Positions 1 through 5,809 of a stretch of DNA of 11,277 bases are shown here, one piece after another; position 1 is the first letter of the stretch; each line of letters begins with the position of its first letter. The position numbers and the translations under genes were made by a program. A model generated the notes under the pieces. That model saw nothing but the letters and a program-made list of their open reading frames with translations. It made no database searches and was not told the DNA's origin. This DNA comes from Myxococcaceae bacterium (GTDB taxonomy: Bacteria; Myxococcota; Myxococcia; Myxococcales; Myxococcaceae). The stretch lies in assembly GCA_035296065.1 (NCBI GenBank), contig DATHBR010000035.1:1-11277 (forward strand). The letters are read 5' to 3'.

Positions 1-1
1 G

Positions 2-439
2 GAGCTGCCCGAGCGCCTGCGCGCCGTGCTGGCCCAGCCTCGCTTCCTGGCCGAGGGCGTGGAGTACGACTACGACGAGGTGAATGACCGCGGCAACCGC
101 CACCACCACGTGCCGGTGCTGCGCGGCACCCAGCAGCAGCCCTACATCTTCTACGACCAGGACATCCACCGCGCCACCGACGAGGAGACGGCCGAGGCGC
201 TGGCGGCGCTGGACGCGCTGCTGGAGTCCAAGGCCAAGCACGTGAAGCTGGAGGCCGGCGACACGGTGCTGTTCGACAACCGCCGCTGCGTGCACAAGCG
301 CTCGCCCTTCGCCGCGCACTACGACGGCAAGGACCGCTGGTGCATGCTGACGTACGTGAGCAGCAGCGCGCTGGAGTGCACCAAGGAGAAGCTGTCCGCC
401 GGCCGCCGCCGCATCCTGGACATCCCCGCCACCCTGTAA
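2..439 (+). CDS. Fe(II)/2-oxoglutarate-dependent dioxygenase, TauD/TfdA-like, C-terminal fragment. The 5' end is truncated by the window edge.
   Basis: The frame is open from base 2 (ELPERLRAVLAQPRF...) to TAA at 437-439. The C-terminal motif GDTVLFDNRRCVHKRSPF resembles the TauD/TfdA distal-His region (D-x-[LIV]-x-[WF]-DN-R-x-x-H-x-R). It is followed by an R-W-x-M segment like the 2OG-binding Arg region. GC3 is high. Confidence 0.5.
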   Translation, partial: ELPERLRAVLAQPRFLAEGVEYDYDEVNDRGNRHHHVPVLRGTQQQPYIFYDQDIHRATDEETAEALAALDALLESKAKHVKLEAGDTVLFDNRRCVHKRSPFAAHYDGKDRWCMLTYVSSSALECTKEKLSAGRRRILDIPATL

Positions 440-452
440 ACCTCAGCACCCT

Positions 453-503
453 GTATGCAGTGGCTGTATCAGTGGATGTAGGCAGTAGCAGCAGGCAGCA
501 CAG
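453..503. repeat. Short near-tandem direct repeats in a lower-GC spacer.
   Basis: CTGTATGCAGTGG (453-465) is followed directly by CTGTATCAGTGG (466-477). Then AGGCAG is repeated within aggcagtagcagcaggcagcaca. Confidence 0.4.
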
Positions 504-729
504 TTTGTTTTTCAACAGGGGGAAGAATGAAACACGCAGCGTGCGGTTATTTGTATCTCTGAGTGGGCCTCCCCAGGATGGGTGAGGAGCTCAGAACACG
601 GAGCAGAACTCGAGAGGGCGGCCCAGGGTGGTCGATCCGAGTTCCGCTCCCCCCCGAAAACTGAAACACCTGTAGACATGTGGAACGCCTGGTAACGCCG
701 CTCCGTGAGCAGGCAGCCAAGCGAGACAG

Positions 730-1005
730 TCAGGGCTGTGCGTTCTCTGCCACGGTGAGGGCCCACCACGGGCCCTCGGAGCTTCCCAGCAGCGCGCTCC
801 AGTACCAGGCGGAGACATCCGTCCAGTGGCCTCCCCTGCCGTCCAGCGCCAGCAGGTTCGCCACCGGCACAACGCCGACGAGGACCCTATGGACGAGGGT
901 GGGCACCGGATCGAACAGCTCGGTGCTGCACCAGCGCAGGGTCAGCTCGAAGCCGAGCGTGAACGCGGGCAGCACCACGCCGAACAGCGCGACCAGCGTC
1001 GTCAC
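730..1005 (-). CDS. Hypothetical small membrane protein, 91 aa with a GTG start.
   Basis: GC3 is about 90% in this frame, and the opposite-strand frames translate to H/Q/R-rich junk. There are two hydrophobic helix-like segments, TTLVALFGVVLPAFTLGF and VLVGVVPVANLLAL, and a Trp-rich C-terminus (HWTDVSAWYWSALLGSSEGPWWAL). The stop is TGA at 730-732. The start is uncertain: GTG at 1003-1005, with no convincing Shine-Dalgarno (SD) sequence (GGAG sits 14 nt upstream). Confidence 0.4.
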   Translation of the reverse strand: MTTLVALFGVVLPAFTLGFELTLRWCSTELFDPVPTLVHRVLVGVVPVANLLALDGRGGHWTDVSAWYWSALLGSSEGPWWALTVAENAQP

Positions 1006-1175
1006 GAACGCCGAGTGCTCCGGGGTGCTCTTCGGCTCGGCACCGCGTGCGGGGGCACGGCCGTGGCGGTCGGCGGGGACTCGGCGGGGGGCTGCTCTCT
1101 GTGGGGCTCGTTCACGCGGACCTCTCCGCCCACGGATGCTAGCCTGGGTGCTCTGCCGTTGTAGCCGGGAGCCCC

Positions 1176-1628
1176 ATGCTTCACTGGAAGTGGAAGCGGT
1201 TTTCAGAGCTGACGCTCGAGGAGCTCTATTCGGTCCTCGCGTTGCGCGAGCAGGTCTTCGTGGTGGAGCAGAAGTCCATCTACCAGGACGCGGACGGGTA
1301 TGACCGGGGCGCTCATCATCTGCTGGGGCAGCTGTCCGGCCCGGGCGAGCCCCCGCTCGCCGCCTACCTCCGGGTACTGCCGCCGGGGCTGAAGTACCCC
1401 GAGGCGAGCTTCGGCCGCGTCGTCACCGCGCCCACCGCGCGCCGGCACGGGTACGGCAAGGTCCTGGTGGAGAAGGGCCTGGCCTTCATCGACGCCCACT
1501 ATCCGGGGGTGACCGTGCGCATCGGCGCTCAGCACTACCTGCAGCGCTTCTACGAGGGCTTCGGCTTCAAGCGCGGCAGCGAGGTGTACGACGAGGACGG
1601 CATCCCTCACATCGACATGCTGCGCTGA
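1176..1628 (+). CDS. elaA: ElaA-family GNAT N-acetyltransferase.
   Basis: Full-length 150 aa. It matches E. coli ElaA closely by eye: ELYSVLALREQVFVVEQKSIYQDADGYD, GRVVTAP, IGAQHYLQRFYEGFGFKRGSEVYDEDGIPHIDMLR versus ElaA ...RCAVFVVEQNCPYQDIDGDD...LGAQAHLQNFYQSFGF..TEVYEEDGIPHIGMAR. ATG at 1176, TGA at 1626-1628. Confidence 0.9.
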   Translation: MLHWKWKRFSELTLEELYSVLALREQVFVVEQKSIYQDADGYDRGAHHLLGQLSGPGEPPLAAYLRVLPPGLKYPEASFGRVVTAPTARRHGYGKVLVEKGLAFIDAHYPGVTVRIGAQHYLQRFYEGFGFKRGSEVYDEDGIPHIDMLR

Positions 1629-1631
1629 GCC

Positions 1632-4600
1632 TCACAGCGTCAGCCAGTACACCAGCCCGTTCAGGTCTCCCAGGGACAGCGCCACGGAGAAGCCCCGCAT
1701 GGCGGCGCCGGAGAAGGGGTTCTCCCGCACGCCCACGCTCACGCCCACCCGGTCCTGCAGCACGGCGCCGTGCACCTCCAGCCCCCAGTCCAGCCGGCGC
1801 TCGCCGCTCCAGTGCAGCGAGGCCCGGGGCCCCGCTCCCAGGGACACGCCCGGCAGGTGCACCGTGGGCCGCAGCCCCAGCGTGCTGGAGAGCCGATCAT
1901 TGCGGCTCTCGAAGTCCAGCGGCTCCACCTTGGAGAGCAGCGAGAAGCGGGGCGAGAGCCGCAGCGCTGGCTCCACCCACGCCACCGCCACGCCGCCCTG
2001 GGCCGCGTCGAAGGCCACCCGGTAGGGCAGCAGGTGCAGCATCCGCAGCTTCCACTGGCTCGAGCCCGGAGGCGGCGCCTCGGGCAGGCTGGAGGGGTCC
2101 AGCTCGAAGCGCGGCGTGGGGCCGCTGCTCACGTCCCGCCGCGCCAGCAGTTGCCCCGCCGCCAGCCCCAGCCTCACGCCCCGCGCCGCCGCCGCCGCCG
2201 TGGTGCCCTCGGCGGGCTCCTGGCGCAGCTCCAACACGGTGGCGCGATCGATGGCCCGGCGCAGCGTGGTGCCCCACCAGCGGGCCGGATCCTGTAGCGC
2301 CAGGCGCATGTTCGCCTCCTGGCCCTGGAAGCCGTGGGCCTTCAGGCCCGCGAGGAACTCGTCGAAGCCAGGGTCCGCCAGGCACAGCCGCTCTCTGTCC
2401 CCTTCCCTGCACGGCCTCCGGTGCGAGCGCGCCGCCGCCAGCGCCGCGGCCAGCGGGTCTCCCTCGGGCAGCGCAGCGGGCTCCACGGCCCAGGACCAGG
2501 CGGGCTCGGCCAGCAGGGCCTGGGCCTGCTGACGGCTGCCCAGCGCGGTGGCCAGCTCCTCCTGGGCCAGCGCGGTGAGCACGTGCCGGGCCCGCTTCGA
2601 GGAGAGCACCCCCATCCACTCCGCGTTCTCGCGCATCATCATCCCCACGCACCGCTGCGTCTGGGGATGAGAGAGGTCCAGCTCGTCCGAGGGCCCGGGC
2701 CGGCGGGCCGGAGCGGGCCGCCCGGTGAAGTACGGATCCTGCGCCGCGCAGCCCTGCACCGACAGCGAGTGCACCGCGTCGTAGACACCGGCGTAGTAGT
2801 CCAGCTCGCGCAGGGGCCGGTCCAGGAAGCCGGCGAAGTTGCCCAGCTGCGAGCCCGCCAGCGGCGCGAAGCGCGTGGTGACGAACAGGCGCCGCTCCGT
2901 AGCGCGCGGCCGCTGCAGCGCCATCGCCTGCGCGGACAGGCCGTTGAGCGAGGCCGCCAGCTGCTGCAGCGTGGGCACCAGCCCCGTCAGCACGCCAATC
3001 ACCCGTGTCCGGTACGCCAGCAGGCTCAGGTCACCCGGGTGCTCCTCGCCGTCGAACTCCCGCTGCGCGGCCGCGACCTCCGGCTGCAGCAGCCGCTCGT
3101 AGGCCGCCTGGAGCACACGCTCGGAGGGCTCGGGCGACTGGAGCGCGCCCCGGGGCAGCTCGCGCAGCTGGGCGCGGGCCTCTCGCGCCAGCGCGGAGAG
3201 CTTCGGGTCCGGCATGGCCTCGACCCACCGCAGCTGCTCGTCCAGCACGATGTTGGCCAGCTGGTGCGTGGCGGCGCTCAGCCCTCCGCTGTTGCGCAGG
3301 GTGGTCAGGAAGGCCTCGCGCAGCTGCTGCTGCTGCGCCTCACTGATTTCACTGCGCGAGAGCAGATCCAGCTCCCCGGCGAAGAACTCGACGATGGAGG
3401 AGCTCAGCTCCACGCCGTCCCGGAACGCATCCTGCACGCCCAGGCCGTCCGTGCTGATCTGGCTCAGGGGCTCGTCCACGAAGCGGCGGAACTGGCCCCG
3501 CTCATCCATCAGCCGGGCCAGCGAGGTGCCCAGCGACACCAGCTCGTCCACGGACAGCCGCTCGCCCACCTTCTCCGCCTGCACCGGGTCCGACGCCAGG
3601 GGATCCTCTCCCTGCACGCCTCGCAGCTCCCGGGCGCAGCGCTCCAGCAGGCCGGGACTGTTCAGCCCTCCATCGGCCCCTGACAGCCGCCGCACGCACG
3701 AGAGCAGCACGCGCCCGCGCCGCAGCCGCTCGGGAACGGACATCGCGCCGCGGGCGGGGATCTCGGGCAGCCGCACGTCGATGGCGCGGCCCTGCGCCAG
3801 TGTCGCCAGCGCCTCGTGCACTCCGGCGTAGCGCCGGCCCGCGTCCGCCGCCGTCATCAGCAGCGTGCGCGTGGTGCGGTTCCAGTTCATCGCCCGCGCC
3901 GCGCGTCCCAGCTCCGAGTTTCGCGCGGTGGCCACCAGCCCGCTGAGCAGCTGCACGCTGCCGGCGATGCTCGCCCCGTGCTCCACCCGGGCCTTGGCGC
4001 CCGAGGCCGCCGCCGCCTGGAAGCGCCGGAAGTCCGGATCCACGAAGACGTAGGAGACGGGGTTCCACAGGCTGGGCCCCCGCCGGGACTCCACCAGCTC
4101 GATGGCCAGCCCCACCGGCGCGTTGTCGAACACGCCTCCGTCCACATAGGGCCTGCGGCACAGCGTCAGCGGATTGCCAGGCGTGGAGCGCCCCTCGCAG
4201 GTGAGCTGCGTCAGCGGGCGGTTCGCCTCGGGCCCGGGACAGGTGCCCCGCTGCACGCGCTGCTCTGTCGGGCACGAGGCCGCGCAGTCACACAGCTCGC
4301 GCGGGCCAAAGGCCACCGGGAAGGCCGCCGAAGCCAGCACCGCCTGGCTCACCTGGTCCGAGTCGAGCACATACCCGGGAGGCTCCGGATCCGGGCGCTC
4401 TCCCAGGGCGAGCACGCTGGGCGACAGCTCGCCATCGCTCGGCAGCGGCTGGTGGCGCAGCCGCACCCGCCCGCGCTGCGTCACCTCCAGCGCCATGGGC
4501 ACCACGTAGCGCTGAGTCATCGCCGGCAGGCCCTCGATGTGGCGCACCTCGGGCGTCAGCCGCGTCACGGTGATGCCCAGCGGCACGCTGCAGCCGGGCA

Positions 4601-5120
4601 GGAAGCGGCGCGTGGAGTTGGGCGTGAACACCTTCGCGCGCAGCTCCGCGATGACGCGCTCCATCGGAGCGCGCGACAGCAGCCCATCGTCATAGCGGTA
4701 CACGCTGGCGTTCTCGGGCAGCAGGTCATCCAGCCCCACGGGCAGCCAGGTGTCGCGCAGCAGGTTGGAGTCCACGCTGTCATCCGCCGTGGAGTCGGGC
4801 GCCTGGCACCAGAGCGCGGCGGCGAGCAGGGCGTTGATGCTGCCAGCGCTGGCGCCGGTGACGCCCACCAGGTTCGGCCGGAACGAGGGCCCCGCCACCG
4901 GCTGCGAGCGCGAGAGCCGCAGGAAGCGCACCGAGCCCCACGTGAGCCCGGCCTCATAGGCGCCCAGGCTCACCCCTCCGCTGATGGTGAGCGCGATGTC
5001 ATGCGGAGGCGGCGCCTTCTCGGCGGCGCTCGCCCCCCAGGCCAGCAGCCCCGCCAGCACCACCGCCCACCGCGCCCTGTTGCGTACGACAGACCTCCCC
5101 ACGTCTTCCTCCCGCTGCAC
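1632..5120 (-). CDS. Large exported patatin-like phospholipase (about 1156-1162 aa) with a long non-catalytic C-terminal extension.
   Basis: It carries the three patatin hallmarks. The oxyanion/Gly-rich block is ISGGVSLGAYEAG. The nucleophile elbow is G-A-S-A-G (GVTGASAGSINALLAA, Ser at 4848-4850). The catalytic Asp motif is YVDGGVFDNAPVGL (Asp at 4140-4142). The conserved ASAAFP block is also present. The N-terminus is a Sec-type signal peptide (RNRAR-WAVVLAGLLAW-GASA|AE). The track start at 5120 is a GTG. A better start is the GTG at 5100-5102 (V7), preceded by a GGGAGGAAGAC ribosome-binding site (RBS) with a 5-nt spacer. The stop is TGA at 1632-1634. Confidence 0.85.
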   Translation of the reverse strand: MQREEDVGRSVVRNRARWAVVLAGLLAWGASAAEKAPPPHDIALTISGGVSLGAYEAGLTWGSVRFLRLSRSQPVAGPSFRPNLVGVTGASAGSINALLAAALWCQAPDSTADDSVDSNLLRDTWLPVGLDDLLPENASVYRYDDGLLSRAPMERVIAELRAKVFTPNSTRRFLPGCSVPLGITVTRLTPEVRHIEGLPAMTQRYVVPMALEVTQRGRVRLRHQPLPSDGELSPSVLALGERPDPEPPGYVLDSDQVSQAVLASAAFPVAFGPRELCDCAASCPTEQRVQRGTCPGPEANRPLTQLTCEGRSTPGNPLTLCRRPYVDGGVFDNAPVGLAIELVESRRGPSLWNPVSYVFVDPDFRRFQAAAASGAKARVEHGASIAGSVQLLSGLVATARNSELGRAARAMNWNRTTRTLLMTAADAGRRYAGVHEALATLAQGRAIDVRLPEIPARGAMSVPERLRRGRVLLSCVRRLSGADGGLNSPGLLERCARELRGVQGEDPLASDPVQAEKVGERLSVDELVSLGTSLARLMDERGQFRRFVDEPLSQISTDGLGVQDAFRDGVELSSSIVEFFAGELDLLSRSEISEAQQQQLREAFLTTLRNSGGLSAATHQLANIVLDEQLRWVEAMPDPKLSALAREARAQLRELPRGALQSPEPSERVLQAAYERLLQPEVAAAQREFDGEEHPGDLSLLAYRTRVIGVLTGLVPTLQQLAASLNGLSAQAMALQRPRATERRLFVTTRFAPLAGSQLGNFAGFLDRPLRELDYYAGVYDAVHSLSVQGCAAQDPYFTGRPAPARRPGPSDELDLSHPQTQRCVGMMMRENAEWMGVLSSKRARHVLTALAQEELATALGSRQQAQALLAEPAWSWAVEPAALPEGDPLAAALAAARSHRRPCREGDRERLCLADPGFDEFLAGLKAHGFQGQEANMRLALQDPARWWGTTLRRAIDRATVLELRQEPAEGTTAAAAARGVRLGLAAGQLLARRDVSSGPTPRFELDPSSLPEAPPPGSSQWKLRMLHLLPYRVAFDAAQGGVAVAWVEPALRLSPRFSLLSKVEPLDFESRNDRLSSTLGLRPTVHLPGVSLGAGPRASLHWSGERRLDWGLEVHGAVLQDRVGVSVGVRENPFSGAAMRGFSVALSLGDLNGLVYWLTL
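5025..5120 (-). other. Predicted Sec signal peptide of the large patatin-like protein, with cleavage about ASA|AE.
   Basis: There is a positively charged n-region (RSVVRNRAR), a hydrophobic h-region (WAVVLAGLLAW) and a small-residue c-region (GASAAE). This was read directly from the translation with no predictor run. Confidence 0.55.
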
Positions 5121-5195
5121 CCGGACAGCCGCCGCGCGACAGAGACACGCGTCGGCCCCGGGTTTCCCCAGAGCGAGCGGACACTGCCCGCTAAG

Positions 5196-5648
5196 CTAGC
5201 GCGCCATCGCCGCCAGCGCGCCGTTGGGCGCCGGGCCACGCAGGGGGCTGTTGCCCAGCCACAGCCGCGCCTCCTCCAGCACCTTGTTCGCCTCTTCCAA
5301 CGAGACGACGTTCACCGTCACGTCATCATCCGGCGAGTGCTCGCGCGCCAGCCGCGCCGCCTGCAGCTTCTGCACGGTGGACGAGGACACGTGCGCGCAG
5401 CACGCCACGCCCATCTTCCGCGCCTGCCCAATCGCCTCGCCGAGGATCTTCGCCACCTCGAGGCTGGCGATGTGCATGCCCCGCATGTCCGCCAGCACCA
5501 GGTGCTGGCCACCCTTGTACAGCTCGGTGGTCTCCAGGTAGAGGCGGGCCAGATCCTTCATCTGCTGCTCGTCGAACACCCCCTCCATGCGGATGTAGAT
5601 GGTGCGCTGCGACGGATCATTCTTCACGCTGTAGTGCGCGGACTCCAT
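5196..5648 (-). CDS. STAS-domain (SpoIIAA / anti-sigma-factor-antagonist fold) protein, about 150 aa. Probably co-transcribed with the downstream patatin gene.
   Basis: The alternating beta/alpha pattern is typical of STAS: IYIRMEG / EQQMKDLARLYLE / HLVLADMRG / ASLEVAKILGEAIGQARKMG / VACCAHVSS / TVQKLQAARL / VTVNVVSLEEA / NKVLEEAR. The preferred start is the ATG at 5646-5648 (MESAHYSV...), preceded by AAGGGGGAC 4-5 nt upstream. The track ORF extends to 5678 (MIGGMSKGDV), where no RBS is evident. The stop is TAG at 5196-5198. There is a 75 bp gap to the patatin start, on the same strand. Confidence 0.55.
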   Translation of the reverse strand: MESAHYSVKNDPSQRTIYIRMEGVFDEQQMKDLARLYLETTELYKGGQHLVLADMRGMHIASLEVAKILGEAIGQARKMGVACCAHVSSSTVQKLQAARLAREHSPDDDVTVNVVSLEEANKVLEEARLWLGNSPLRGPAPNGALAAMAR

Positions 5649-5809
5649 GACGTCCCCCTTGCTCATGCCGCCGATCATAACCAGAGAGCCTGCCTCGTTT
5701 CGATATCGCGAGCCCCAGGGCGGCGATCTGTCCTATGAAACACTGGCTTCGATTCCAGCACTCCGCTGCAGAGCTGGAAATCCCGAGTGAAAATCCAGAA
5801 GGAACCGTC
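5649..5809. promoter_or_regulatory. Divergent intergenic region between the STAS gene (-) and the lipoprotein gene (+). It holds a palindrome and direct repeats that are candidate operator/promoter elements.
   Basis: GC is lower here than in the flanks. There is a perfect 8-bp palindrome CGATATCG at 5701-5708. AAATCC is directly repeated with 13-bp periodicity and bracketed by inverted CTGG/CCAG (5774-5797, ctggAAATCCcgagtgaAAATCCag), 13-36 nt upstream of the lipoprotein ATG. No consensus sigma70 or sigma54 promoter was recognised. Confidence 0.3.

Noticed and set aside
625-660. A tRNA-like T-arm resemblance (ggtcgatccgagttccgctccccc).
   Set aside because: I could not build a 5-bp T-stem or an acceptor stem around it, and the loop lacks the invariant T-T-C. 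It is not a tRNA.
680-1303. A 207-aa plus-strand ORF running from the spacer through the small ORF region into elaA.
   Set aside because: It is S/T/R/P-rich and reads through the known elaA start in a different frame. The minus-strand frame 730-1005 has much better coding statistics.
2190-2206. (GCC)5, (CAG)3 at 131-139 and (CTG)4 at 3330-3341 trinucleotide runs as possible phase-variation tracts.
   Set aside because: They are in-frame and short, and encode Ala5/Gln3-4 runs. Slippage would not shift the frame. This is typical high-GC codon repetition, not contingency repeats.
1897-2652. A 251-aa minus-strand ORF in an alternate frame inside the patatin gene.
   Set aside because: It is a Gly/Ala/Arg/Pro repeat-like translation, which is the classic off-frame product of GC-rich coding DNA.
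2334-3683. A 449-aa ORF on the plus strand, antisense to the giant patatin gene.
   Set aside because: Its composition is R/Q/L/G/H/P-rich low complexity with no motifs. Codon periodicity favours the minus-strand frame, which carries clear patatin motifs. Long antisense ORFs are expected in about 70% GC DNA because stop codons are AT-rich.
3816-5738. A 640-aa plus-strand ORF spanning the antisense of the patatin 5' end, the intergenic region and the STAS gene.
   Set aside because: It is R/H/Q/G/A-rich nonsense. It crosses an intergenic region and two real genes on the other strand, so it is a stop-codon-poor artefact of high GC.
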